In this document: piece by piece, positions 39,140 through 48,608 of the stretch
How positions within the stretch are numbered: position 1 is the first letter of the stretch
How the letters are laid out: each line of letters opens with the position of its first letter
Source of the DNA: Pseudomonadota bacterium
GTDB lineage: Bacteria > Bdellovibrionota > Bdellovibrionia > Bdellovibrionales > JACTMU01
NCBI GenBank assembly: GCA_014584465.1
Contig: JACTMU010000064.1
Coordinates: 5,395 to 69,394, forward strand
DNA length: 64,000 nucleotides
Direction: 5' to 3'
Translations under genes and position numbers: made by a program
Notes under the pieces: model-generated
Databases searched by the model: none
Told to the model about the DNA's origin: nothing
What the model saw: the letters and a program-made list of their open reading frames with translations, nothing else

Positions 39140-40174
39140 TTGCTTTTGCGAAGGGAGTGTCCCATCAACATTGATAGCGATCTGAAGTTACTACCAAAAG
39201 AACTCTTGCTACGAGTCTATGATCTCATGGTCAAAACTCGGATTCTCGAGGAGCGCCTGATTCGTATCTACAAAGCAGGGCAATCCTACTTTTGGATTGG
39301 AGGGGCTGGCGAGGAGGCCTTTGGAGTTCCCTTGGGACTGCTTGTGCATAAGGGAATGGGACTCAAGTACGACTGGCTTCATATGCACTATCGCGCAACA
39401 CCTACTCTGATCGCCATGGGTATGGAGATGCGCGATTCCATTGCACTGACGATGAATCGAGCTTCCGATCCCTCCACGGGAGGGAGAAATTTTTGCAACC
39501 ACTACTGTTATCCGAAATGGAATGTGGCTCCAGTAACATCTCCGATTGAGGTCCAGTACAGCATCGCTCTTGGAACAGCCATTGCTCAAAGCCGAATCCC
39601 AGATGGAGGAATCACCATCGTCACTGGGGGCGATGCTGGAACGGCGGAAGGAGATTTCGCCTCTTCGCTTGTTTGGTCCTCTCGAAAAGGTGCTGAACTT
39701 CCCCTGTTGATCACGGTCCAAAACAATTTATGGGGGATCTCGACCTCTTATTCGACCCAACATGGCGAGGAGAAGATCTCCGATCGTGGGAAGGCCTTTG
39801 GGATGAAAACTTTGACCTTTGATGGCAACAATCCGATTGAGTCCTACATCAAACTTCAAGAGTCGATGGAATATGTAAGAAAGAAGAGAAAGCCCTGCCT
39901 GCTTGAAGCGATGGTCTCCCGACTCTATGGACACTCCTCTGCTTCCGGTGCCAACTGGGTCGAAGGGGAGGTTGATTGTGTTCAAACATTTGGGGAACGC
40001 CTTCTGAAGGGTGGACTTCTCACCGAAAATAAGATCTCTGAAATTTCAAATCGGTACGATGAAGAGGCCAAGAGAATTTCTCAAAATCTCTTGGCTGAAC
40101 CAGGACCAGAACCTGAAACTCTTTGGGATCACTTTTACCTCAACAGAGAGAGTGGGAACTGGAGAGAATTTTAG
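39140..40174 (+). CDS. 2-oxoacid (probably branched-chain) dehydrogenase E1 alpha
   Basis: TPP motif GDAG...NN, RLYGHS; operon context; start uncertain. Confidence 0.85.
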   Translation: MLLRRECPINIDSDLKLLPKELLLRVYDLMVKTRILEERLIRIYKAGQSYFWIGGAGEEAFGVPLGLLVHKGMGLKYDWLHMHYRATPTLIAMGMEMRDSIALTMNRASDPSTGGRNFCNHYCYPKWNVAPVTSPIEVQYSIALGTAIAQSRIPDGGITIVTGGDAGTAEGDFASSLVWSSRKGAELPLLITVQNNLWGISTSYSTQHGEEKISDRGKAFGMKTLTFDGNNPIESYIKLQESMEYVRKKRKPCLLEAMVSRLYGHSSASGANWVEGEVDCVQTFGERLLKGGLLTENKISEISNRYDEEAKRISQNLLAEPGPEPETLWDHFYLNRESGNWREF

Positions 40175-41224
40175 ATGGCAAATATGGCTCAAGCCCTTCG
40201 ACTGGCACTTCACTATGGCGAGGAGAATCTCGGAGTTACGGATATCTTTGGACAAGATGTTGGGGCCCCTCTCGGAGGCGTCTTTACGGCCACACAGGGT
40301 CTGCGCACAGCTTGGAACTCACCCTTAGATGAACGTGGAATTGTAGGTGCCGCAATGGGGCTTGCGATGGCCGGAAGTCGATGCGTTGCTGAGATTCAGT
40401 TTTGTGATTACATCTTCAACACCATTGATCTTCTTAAGATGGCCGGAAATACGCTTTGGTCCACCAACGGACAGGTGTCCCTCCCCTTGGTGCTCATGAC
40501 TCCAGTAGGGGCGGGGATTCATGGCTCTCTCTATCACAGCCATAGTTTTGATGCCCTTGCAACGAGACTCCCCGGTTGGAAGATCGTCATGCCTTCAACC
40601 CCGCTTGAAGCTTATGGACTGATGATCTCAGCAATCAAAGATCCCAACCCTGTGCTTTACTTGGTTCCAAAGGCTCTCATGCGTGTGCGAGGCGAAGAGC
40701 TCATCCCTGGGGAACCAGAACAAGAAAAAGAGTTACGTGCAATGATTGATGCTCCAATCGGAGATCGCTCTCAATGGAAACCTCGTTGGCCCAAGATCAG
40801 GGAGTACACGCTTCCCATCGGAAAGGCCCAATGCCTCACTCAAGGCGAAGATCTCACGATCGTTACGTATGGACGGATGGTGAATTTGTGTCGATCGATC
40901 CTCAAAGACTATTCTGAAGACTCCATTGAGTTGATCAACCTCTACTCCCTCTACCCATATGATTGGCAAATGGTCAAACGCTCCGTTCAAAAGACAGGCC
41001 GTGTCCTTTTTCTCAATGAAGACAGTGAGGTCACAAATTTTGGTGAGCATTTAGCTTATCGAACCACAAGAGAACTCTTTTACAGTTTGAAAGCAAGCCC
41101 ACGCGTTCTTGCCGGAAAAAATGTTCCTGGAATTGGTCTTCATCCTCATCTTGAAGATAGCACCATTCCGCAAGAGAGTGATTTGCGCCAGGCCATGGAT
41201 GAGTTGATCCACGAGGTTCCTTGA
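40175..41224 (+). CDS. 2-oxoacid dehydrogenase E1 beta
   Basis: GQDVG..GGVF, SPLDE, EIQF, HS motifs. Confidence 0.88.
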   Translation: MANMAQALRLALHYGEENLGVTDIFGQDVGAPLGGVFTATQGLRTAWNSPLDERGIVGAAMGLAMAGSRCVAEIQFCDYIFNTIDLLKMAGNTLWSTNGQVSLPLVLMTPVGAGIHGSLYHSHSFDALATRLPGWKIVMPSTPLEAYGLMISAIKDPNPVLYLVPKALMRVRGEELIPGEPEQEKELRAMIDAPIGDRSQWKPRWPKIREYTLPIGKAQCLTQGEDLTIVTYGRMVNLCRSILKDYSEDSIELINLYSLYPYDWQMVKRSVQKTGRVLFLNEDSEVTNFGEHLAYRTTRELFYSLKASPRVLAGKNVPGIGLHPHLEDSTIPQESDLRQAMDELIHEVP

Positions 41225-41237
41225 AGGGAGAGATGAA

Positions 41238-42512
41238 ATGTCAAAGATAGTACTTCCCGATTTGGGAGAGGGGATTGAAGAGGGAGAACTCGTTCAGTGG
41301 CTCATTAAAGTCGGAGACGAAATTCAGATTGATCAGGGAGTTGCTGAGATCCTCACCGACAAAGCTGCGATGGAACTTCCAAGTCCCGTGGCCGGCAAGG
41401 TCACAGGATTAAAATTTAGCGAAGGGGACATGATCCGTGTCGGTCAAGTTATGGTCCTCCTAGAGGGCGCTGTGGATGAAGATCCCACTTCTGTAAAGAA
41501 GGCACCCGATCAGCCCCCCACGAGAGCCTCCAAATCCAAAGTCGGTGAAGGAGCATCTCAGACCCTGACCTCCTATGAGCGTGGTCCCTCAAGTCCTGAA
41601 GAGATCTATCCCTCGGTCGCACAAAGTCACATTATGGCAGCTCCCTCAACCCGACGAGCCGCTCGAGAGTTGGGCGTCAACATCAATCGCGTAAAGGGAT
41701 CGGGACCGGCTGGAAGAGTCCTCTATGAGGATGTTCTTGTCGCATCACAAAGTTCGGGATTGGGCTCACAAAATGCCATCGCCAACCTTCTCACACCATC
41801 AGCTCTTGTGGATCCGAAAGGTCGCCCCATTCGGCGAGTTCCTCTGCGTGGAATCCGTAAGAAGATCTCTGAGAACATGCAGAGGTCGAAGCTCACAATT
41901 CCCCATTTCTCCCTCTTGGATGAACTCAACGCCGATCCTTTGGTGGCCTTTCGCGAAAAACTCAGTGCCAAAGTCAAAGATCAAGGTATTAAGATCACCT
42001 ACCTTCCTTTGATCATGAAGGGGCTTGTTGTTTGTGTTAAGGAGTTCCCTGAATTTAACGCCAGTATGGATGATCTTAAAAAAGAGATCGTCTATCGCGA
42101 CTACTACGATTTTGGATTTGCTGCGGACACTCCTCAGGGACTCATGGTCCCTGTGATTCGAAATGTGGATCAGAAGAGTGTGGTAGAAATTGCTCAAGAG
42201 ATCGTAAGCCTTGCATCTCGAGCACGCGAAGGGAAACTCCAGCGAGATGAGTTGACCGGATCGACGATCTCCATCACCAACATTGGTTCGATCACAGGAA
42301 ATTATGCCACACCGATCATCAACCACCCGGAAGTTGCGATTGTGGGGATGTATCGAATCTACAAAAAACCTGTTTGGATCGATTCACAATGGAAGCCTGT
42401 TTCCACCATGAATGTGAGTGTCACCTGTGACCATCGTTTGATTGATGGGGCCGTGGCAGCACGTTTTCTAAAGAGATTCTTGGAAGTTTTGCAAGAGCCT
42501 GAAAAACTGTAA
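41238..42512 (+). CDS. Dihydrolipoamide acyltransferase E2
   Basis: Lipoyl TDKA, PSBD 'GSGPAGR', DHRLIDG. Confidence 0.92.
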   Translation: MSKIVLPDLGEGIEEGELVQWLIKVGDEIQIDQGVAEILTDKAAMELPSPVAGKVTGLKFSEGDMIRVGQVMVLLEGAVDEDPTSVKKAPDQPPTRASKSKVGEGASQTLTSYERGPSSPEEIYPSVAQSHIMAAPSTRRAARELGVNINRVKGSGPAGRVLYEDVLVASQSSGLGSQNAIANLLTPSALVDPKGRPIRRVPLRGIRKKISENMQRSKLTIPHFSLLDELNADPLVAFREKLSAKVKDQGIKITYLPLIMKGLVVCVKEFPEFNASMDDLKKEIVYRDYYDFGFAADTPQGLMVPVIRNVDQKSVVEIAQEIVSLASRAREGKLQRDELTGSTISITNIGSITGNYATPIINHPEVAIVGMYRIYKKPVWIDSQWKPVSTMNVSVTCDHRLIDGAVAARFLKRFLEVLQEPEKL

Positions 42513-42524
42513 GGAGTGATACCC

Positions 42525-43937
42525 ATGGAGAAGAGCGTTCAAGCCTGTGTGATTGGTGGCGGCCCCGGCGGATATGTGGCAGCCATTGGACTTGCCCAAC
42601 GTGGGTTTAAGACGGTCGTTGTGGAAAAGGGAGATCTCGGCGGAGTCTGCCTCAATGTCGGCTGCATCCCTTCAAAGGCCCTCATCTCGGCCTCTCATTT
42701 TTATCATCGACTCACTCACGATGCTCAGAAGATGGGGATTCATTTGGAGGGCCCCGTGAGCGTCAACATGGTGCAACTTCAAAAATGGAAGAGTTCGATC
42801 TGTACTCAGATGGCTCAGGGAGTTGCTCATCTCTTGAAAGGAAATGGTGTTGAGGTCATTCAGGGAGAAGCCTCATTTCTCTCTCCCCATGAAATTGAAA
42901 TTCAGCAATCCAGCCAAAAGATCCAATTGAAGTCAGACCACTTCGTCATCGCAACGGGATCACGGCCAGCAGAAATCCCCGGATTTAAATTTGACGAAGA
43001 AAAGATTCTCTCCTCAACCGGGGCTTTGGCCCTCTCTGAGATTCCCAAAAGAGTTGCCGTGATTGGCGGAGGTTACATCGGTCTTGAGATTGGCACCCTA
43101 TTCTCAAAGCTAGGTTCAAAAGTGACCATCATCGAAGCTGCCCCTTCGCTGCTTCACGGAATGGTGGATAAAGATGTAGCTCAGATCTTAACCCGTCAAC
43201 TTAAGAAGCTTGGGGTTGATCTTCACACTGAGTCCCTTGCAAAGGGATATCAGGTTCAACCCAGTGGGGAAATCGAACTTGAAATCGAACGACCCTCAAA
43301 GGCATCGAGCGTTACTGCTGATCGTGTACTTATTGCAGTGGGTAGGAAGCCCAACACGGAGAATCTCAACTTGAAGGCTGCCGGCGTTTCTCTGGGCTCA
43401 AATGGTTACGTAAGCATCAATCCTCAGCGAAGAACCAGCGCTTCTCACATCTTCGCGATTGGCGACGTGGCGGGCGGTCCCCTTCTTGCCCATAAGGCAA
43501 GTTTTGAGGGGCTTTTGGTTGCGGACGTTCTCAGTGGAAAGAATCGAGTCTATGATGTTCGCGGTGTCGCAGCTGTGGTTTTCACAGATCCCGAACTTGC
43601 CTCGGTCGGCCTTAGCGAAGCCGAAGCTCTTAATGCGGGCTATGAAAACCTTAAGATCGGTCGCTTTCCCTTTGCGGCAAACGGAAGAGCGGTGAGCATG
43701 ATTGAAAGTCAGGGTTTTGTGAAAATGATCGCCAATGAACAGGGCGCTCTTCTTGGGGTTCACATTGTTGGACCGGAAGCAAGCAATCTCATCGGAGAGG
43801 CGGCCGTCGCTCTTGAGATGGGAGCAACCCTTGAGGATCTCGCCAAAACGATCCACCCTCACCCGACACTTAATGAAACGTTGATGGAGGCTGCCGAAGT
43901 GGCTCTTGGGCACCCCGTGCACATCCTATCTAAATAG
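42525..43937 (+). CDS. lpdA: Dihydrolipoyl dehydrogenase E3
   Basis: GGVCLNVGCIPSK, HPHPTLNE. Confidence 0.95.
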   Translation: MEKSVQACVIGGGPGGYVAAIGLAQRGFKTVVVEKGDLGGVCLNVGCIPSKALISASHFYHRLTHDAQKMGIHLEGPVSVNMVQLQKWKSSICTQMAQGVAHLLKGNGVEVIQGEASFLSPHEIEIQQSSQKIQLKSDHFVIATGSRPAEIPGFKFDEEKILSSTGALALSEIPKRVAVIGGGYIGLEIGTLFSKLGSKVTIIEAAPSLLHGMVDKDVAQILTRQLKKLGVDLHTESLAKGYQVQPSGEIELEIERPSKASSVTADRVLIAVGRKPNTENLNLKAAGVSLGSNGYVSINPQRRTSASHIFAIGDVAGGPLLAHKASFEGLLVADVLSGKNRVYDVRGVAAVVFTDPELASVGLSEAEALNAGYENLKIGRFPFAANGRAVSMIESQGFVKMIANEQGALLGVHIVGPEASNLIGEAAVALEMGATLEDLAKTIHPHPTLNETLMEAAEVALGHPVHILSK

Positions 43938-43951
43938 TGCTTGGCGCGAAA
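43935..43951. repeat. 17-bp dispersed repeat, copy 2 (TAGTGCTTGGCGCGAAA)
   Basis: Begins at the lpdA stop codon; inverted relative to 37408-37424. Confidence 0.6.
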
Positions 43952-43966
43952 TAGTGGTGGCGATTT

Positions 43967-44980
43967 TTAAATCCAGAGGCGATCTGCAATGAATGCCCTT
44001 ACTGCCGATGTCAGCTTCTCGCTGAGCTTCTTCTTTGCCTTGTAGGTCAATTTATAGACATCGGCGTCCTGACAAAGATCGAGCAGGTAATCGTCACTTG
44101 TGATCAATTCATCTACAAGCTTCTTCTCGATGGCCTTCTTGCCAAACCAATACTCTCCTGTCGCCACCTCATCGATTTCCACTTGAGGCCGATGTTCTTT
44201 CACAAATTCTTTGAACAGTAGGTGGGTCTCTTCGAGCTGCTCAAGAAATTTCTTTCTCCCCTCTGGCGTTATCTCCCCAAAGAGGGAAAGCGTCCGTTTA
44301 TACTCGCCTGCTGTGTACTGTTCAAAATCGATATCGTGTTTCTTGAGAAGACGATTGAAATTTGGAAGTTGCGCCAGCACACCAATGGATCCCACAATGG
44401 CAAACGGGGCAGCCAAAATTCGATCCGCCACACAGGCCATCATGTAGCCACCGCTAGCTGCTACCTTGTCAATCGTCGCTGTCAGTTGAATACCCTTCTT
44501 TCGAATACGATGAAGTTGTGAAGCGGCAAGTCCGTAACCATGAACAACACCTCCCGCACTCTCAATACGGGCAACCACTTCGTCTGTAGGCTGTGCAACC
44601 GCAAGAATAGCTGTAATCTCCTCACGCAACGAAGCAACTTCCGAAGCTTTAATGTCCCCATCAAAATCGATCACAAAGACACGTTTCTTGGGTGATGATT
44701 CCTCACCCCGTTGCTTTTCCTTCTCTCTCTTCTCTTTGCTCTTCTTCGCCTCTTTTTCCTTTTGCCGATCTCGCTTAAGCTCCTTCTTTGTAAGTGAATG
44801 GCTCTTGATTGTATCACTTAGAGACGCATACTTCTTATTGAGCTTCTTGACCTGCACCTGTTCCAGAGCTTTCTCTTTTTGAGCAAAAAAGAAGAGTGCT
44901 GCCATAACCACCAGAATCGCAATCACAACCGTGGCCGTCTTAGCTAGAAAAAGACCGTACTGTAAGAAAAACTCCATCAT
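43967..44980 (-). CDS. sohB: Protease SohB (S49)
   Basis: MEFFLQYGLFLAK start, ESAGG.VHGYGLAASQ, AASGGYMMA, AGEYKRT. Confidence 0.93.
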   Translation of the reverse strand: MMEFFLQYGLFLAKTATVVIAILVVMAALFFFAQKEKALEQVQVKKLNKKYASLSDTIKSHSLTKKELKRDRQKEKEAKKSKEKREKEKQRGEESSPKKRVFVIDFDGDIKASEVASLREEITAILAVAQPTDEVVARIESAGGVVHGYGLAASQLHRIRKKGIQLTATIDKVAASGGYMMACVADRILAAPFAIVGSIGVLAQLPNFNRLLKKHDIDFEQYTAGEYKRTLSLFGEITPEGRKKFLEQLEETHLLFKEFVKEHRPQVEIDEVATGEYWFGKKAIEKKLVDELITSDDYLLDLCQDADVYKLTYKAKKKLSEKLTSAVRAFIADRLWI

Positions 44981-45077
44981 GACCGGCAATAGTGCCCGTT
45001 TCACTGTGAGAATGTCAACTTTCTTTTTGACAACGCCTAACTTGTCGACGCTCAGATGAAATATAGCCATTCCTGAG

Positions 45078-45093
45078 TGGCACCAAGTTTGCT
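45078..45093 (+). promoter_or_regulatory. Sigma54 (-24/-12) promoter
   Basis: TGGCAC-CAAGT-TTGCT with GG-N10-GC spacing, intergenic, 117 nt before ATG 45210. Confidence 0.7.
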
Positions 45094-45209
45094 TCTATAC
45101 TTTCTTGAAATCGTTATCAGTTCCCGTCATCAGTACACGATGAAACATTTGGGTTCAGTGAATTGCAATGTAAATGCCGCTGAACTTCAAGTCAAAAAAA
45201 GGGGGATTC

Positions 45210-45851
45210 ATGAGAAACGCTTTGATACAGATTTTGATCGCTCTACCACTTGTTATAGTCTCATTTCAGAACTGCGAAAATCCAGTTGCTATGAACGCCA
45301 TCGATAAGCAACAGGTCGATATCTTGGATGACAATGAATCTTTAGTTACTGAGGAGCAGAACGATCTGGATGTCCCACCAAGCTACGTTGATGACTCCAA
45401 CGAGGCTCTCGGCGAAGAACAGATCTGTCAGCATGACGAACCTGAATCTGAACCTTCTGATGAGGGGACCACCAGTCAACAAGAAGAACTTGTGATGGAC
45501 AATTCAAACGACCAAAGTGACGCTGAAGAGGATCCACCTCAACAAAATGGAAGAGAGATCGCCAATGACCGCCAAGACGTACCTGGCCAAGACTCCAATC
45601 ATGGCGATCACCAAGACAACGTGCCCAAAGATGAAGATCCAGACGAGCATTTTGCACTTCATGAAATTTGTGAAACGGGTGATGTTGAAGCCGCTCCATT
45701 TGATGGGAACTTTGTTGGAAAGTGCTATGTCTGTCATATCCCATCCGGTGACCACTCCAAAGCCAAACTCATTCGAGTCGGCGCCGAAGGAGCTAAGAAT
45801 GGGCACACCAAAAATCATTCAGAAGATTTTGTTGTGAAATGCGGAGTCTAG
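45210..45851 (+). CDS. Acidic low-complexity lipoprotein with C-terminal Cys/His domain
   Basis: SFQNC lipobox, D/E/Q/N-rich linker, C-terminal KCYVCHIPSG...H..NH.ED...C. Confidence 0.75.
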   Translation: MRNALIQILIALPLVIVSFQNCENPVAMNAIDKQQVDILDDNESLVTEEQNDLDVPPSYVDDSNEALGEEQICQHDEPESEPSDEGTTSQQEELVMDNSNDQSDAEEDPPQQNGREIANDRQDVPGQDSNHGDHQDNVPKDEDPDEHFALHEICETGDVEAAPFDGNFVGKCYVCHIPSGDHSKAKLIRVGAEGAKNGHTKNHSEDFVVKCGV

Positions 45852-45926
45852 GCCAATCCTGGCTCAAGGTGTAGAGATAGGCGCGAGTCTCGTAGATTTT
45901 TGCTTCCATTTGTTTATAATAGTGCC

Positions 45927-46400
45927 ATGGGGCTTCCTCGATTGATTTGGTCCATTCAAAGTACTGGAGTTCTCCTGAGTGCTCTTGTGCTCGGGAGTTG
46001 GGCAAGTGCTCAAGAACTCGATCCTCAGAAGAAGCAATGGGCTAAAGTTGCAAATGAGGAGCGACTGCGGCTTGAAGCTCGCGCGAAAGACTTTTGGAAC
46101 CGTGTCGAAGAGGCTAAAGTCTTTCGCACCCAAGTCGATTCACACATCGCAGAACATAAGGAGATGAGATCCAAAGAGGCCATAGAGCTTGAGAACAATC
46201 GATGCGAGCAAGTTAAATCCCGCCAACCGACCACCTATCCAGAAGATTCTCCCGCCTACCAGACCTATCTACAAGAAAAAGCTACAGAGGAGCAGAGATT
46301 CAATCAAACTCGCCAAAAGTATGTTGAGTACAGATCTTTCCGAACGAAACTTCTCGAAGGCGCAGCAGAAATACCGGGCGATGTCGAATTCGGCCTCTGA
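45927..46400 (+). CDS. Exported coiled-coil hypothetical protein
   Basis: Signal peptide (ASA cleavage), charged helical body; TATAAT just upstream. Confidence 0.6.
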   Translation: MGLPRLIWSIQSTGVLLSALVLGSWASAQELDPQKKQWAKVANEERLRLEARAKDFWNRVEEAKVFRTQVDSHIAEHKEMRSKEAIELENNRCEQVKSRQPTTYPEDSPAYQTYLQEKATEEQRFNQTRQKYVEYRSFRTKLLEGAAEIPGDVEFGL

Positions 46401-46408
46401 TTGAAAAG

Positions 46409-47299
46409 TTACCCTTTGAACACCATTTGATTGCCCGACTTCTTTCCAACGCGAGAGAAGTCGACGTCCTTGTAGGCATCGCAACGACTGCACAGATGAA
46501 TCTGATCTCGTTTGCCCTGGGCCAAGAGATCGCGATAATTTTTCAGTGTAGGGCCATTCCAAATGTCGAGGGCTGACTCTTTTTTGATGTCGCCAATGAC
46601 CGCTCTTTCGTGACTGTCCCAACAGCAAAGCGTTGCCTCTCCGTTGACATAGAAGAACATCTCATCGAGGATCTTGAAACAGGGTTTCTGAACAGATTCT
46701 GTCTGACCTTGCCAAGGATATCGATAGAGATGTGTAAAGACGACATTCGCCCCCTTTGAACGCCAAAAATCCTCATAAACCTTCTGCTCATCTTCAGTAC
46801 CAGGAAGCTTGATCATACGAACTTCGACTTCTGGTGGATGGTCCATCTTTTGAGTGAGCTTCAGAAAATGTTGAACGTTGTCATACACTTTTTTGAAACT
46901 GATGCCTCGAGTTTCATCAAAGGTCTTTTCCGTGATGCCATCGATACTGAATCGCATGGCATGAATTCCTGTCTCAAGAAGTTTCTCTGCGATGGGGGGT
47001 GTCACAAACTCACCGTTGGAATTAAACTCAATCTTTGCCGTAGCATCCTGCCGGATTCGACGAACAATCTCCACCATTCGCTTATCCGCAAAGGGTTCGT
47101 TCAAGATGAAGGGACGATAGACAATCCCTAGCCCTTTGGTATCATCAAGTATCTTTTCTAAAACCTGCCACTCCATCAGTGTTGGGCGTCTCTTGACATC
47201 ATTTTGAGGACAAAAGTAGCACTTGGCCTGACAGATGATGGTCGTCTCAATCTGGATGAACCTAGGCTGTTTTTCAAAATTCCACTCAAACTTTTCCAC
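46409..47299 (-). CDS. Radical SAM protein with SPASM/twitch domain
   Basis: CQAKCYFC, NEP, C...LCCWD...IWNG...CSRC; likely GTG start at 47299 overlapping the waaA end. Confidence 0.88.
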   Translation of the reverse strand: MEKFEWNFEKQPRFIQIETTIICQAKCYFCPQNDVKRRPTLMEWQVLEKILDDTKGLGIVYRPFILNEPFADKRMVEIVRRIRQDATAKIEFNSNGEFVTPPIAEKLLETGIHAMRFSIDGITEKTFDETRGISFKKVYDNVQHFLKLTQKMDHPPEVEVRMIKLPGTEDEQKVYEDFWRSKGANVVFTHLYRYPWQGQTESVQKPCFKILDEMFFYVNGEATLCCWDSHERAVIGDIKKESALDIWNGPTLKNYRDLLAQGKRDQIHLCSRCDAYKDVDFSRVGKKSGNQMVFKG

Positions 47300-48608
47300 G
47301 CTCAAACACCTCAAGGATCCTTGCTGCACATGTTTTGGCTGCGCCAGTGGATTCACTCAAAAAGAGTCTATTTTGCTCCCCACATCCTAATGACTTCTCT
47401 GGGTCATTCAACCAATTTCTGAGGGCTGTGACCATCTGCTCTGACGTTGAGACGGTCACAGCACCCTCTCTTCTCAAAAACTCAAAGGCCTCCGGCGCAT
47501 TGTGATAACGCGGTCCAAAGATGATAGGACAACCCCACGCTGCAGGCTCCATCGTGTTATGGACCCCCCCAGTTCCTGAACCAACGTAGGCAACCTGGCC
47601 AATTCGATAGAGACCTGCCAAAAGCCCCACTCGATCCACAATGATTGCGTCAAAGGAGTCTTGCATCCTTGATCCACTTAACTTCGAATATCGCTCCCAC
47701 CTCTGATCCATTCGATCCAATGCCTCACCAAGCCCCTCAATGCGATTCAGAGTCGGTTCGTGTGGAACTAGAACCAGCAGAGCCTCAGGGATTTCAGCCT
47801 TAACCCTCTTCCACGCGGGTAAAATCAGAGCCTCGTCCCGAGGCCACGAACTCCCCACAACAAGAGTGGGGCGTTTCATTTTTTGAATCCAAGTCAAAAT
47901 CGGATTGAGAGCGGTCTCCTCCTCACGACGTTTACGATCAAGAACAGAGTCGGCTCGAGTATCACCGACCACTGAGACATGATCCAGTTCAGGGGTACTC
48001 TGAAGGATCAACTTCTGATCATTCTTGGATACAACAAAAATCTGATCAAAACCTGAATAAAGAGTTCCATAAAACGATCTTGTCAAAGCAAATCGAACTC
48101 GTAATGATTGAGGATTCATCGTTGCCGAGATGAGAAAGATAGGAACATTATGCTTTTGGGCCATCCAAATCAAATTGGGCCAGAGATCAAACTTCACTAA
48201 GACAACCGCCGTAGGCTGAATCCATCGATAGAGTTTTCTAATGGCAAAATGGCCATCCGACGGTAGATACTCAAAGAGATCCACTCCTGGATCTTTCTTG
48301 GCCCACTCGTAGCCTGTCGGAGAAAAAACGGTCAGAACCACACAGATTTCAGGATGACTCTTCTTAAGAATTCGAATCACGGGTTGCGCCTGAAGCAATT
48401 CTCCCATCGAAGAGACGTGAAACCAAATCTTGGGTTGCCCCTCAAAGCGTCCAAGATTTTCTCTCAAACGCTTCCATAGACCCATTCGGCCCTTCCAGCC
48501 CTTGCGTGTTTTTTTATCCACCAAAAAACCAAGACCAAAAATCACAAAGGTCAAAGGTACCAAAACTAAGTTGTAGATCCCTCTCCACAAAAAATGAGAT
48601 GCTTTCAC
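47286..48608 (-). CDS. waaA: Kdo transferase
   Basis: IWFHVSSMGE, DLWPN, LVPHEP, HNTMEPAAWG. Confidence 0.88.
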   Translation of the reverse strand: MKASHFLWRGIYNLVLVPLTFVIFGLGFLVDKKTRKGWKGRMGLWKRLRENLGRFEGQPKIWFHVSSMGELLQAQPVIRILKKSHPEICVVLTVFSPTGYEWAKKDPGVDLFEYLPSDGHFAIRKLYRWIQPTAVVLVKFDLWPNLIWMAQKHNVPIFLISATMNPQSLRVRFALTRSFYGTLYSGFDQIFVVSKNDQKLILQSTPELDHVSVVGDTRADSVLDRKRREEETALNPILTWIQKMKRPTLVVGSSWPRDEALILPAWKRVKAEIPEALLVLVPHEPTLNRIEGLGEALDRMDQRWERYSKLSGSRMQDSFDAIIVDRVGLLAGLYRIGQVAYVGSGTGGVHNTMEPAAWGCPIIFGPRYHNAPEAFEFLRREGAVTVSTSEQMVTALRNWLNDPEKSLGCGEQNRLFLSESTGAAKTCAARILEVFERGKV

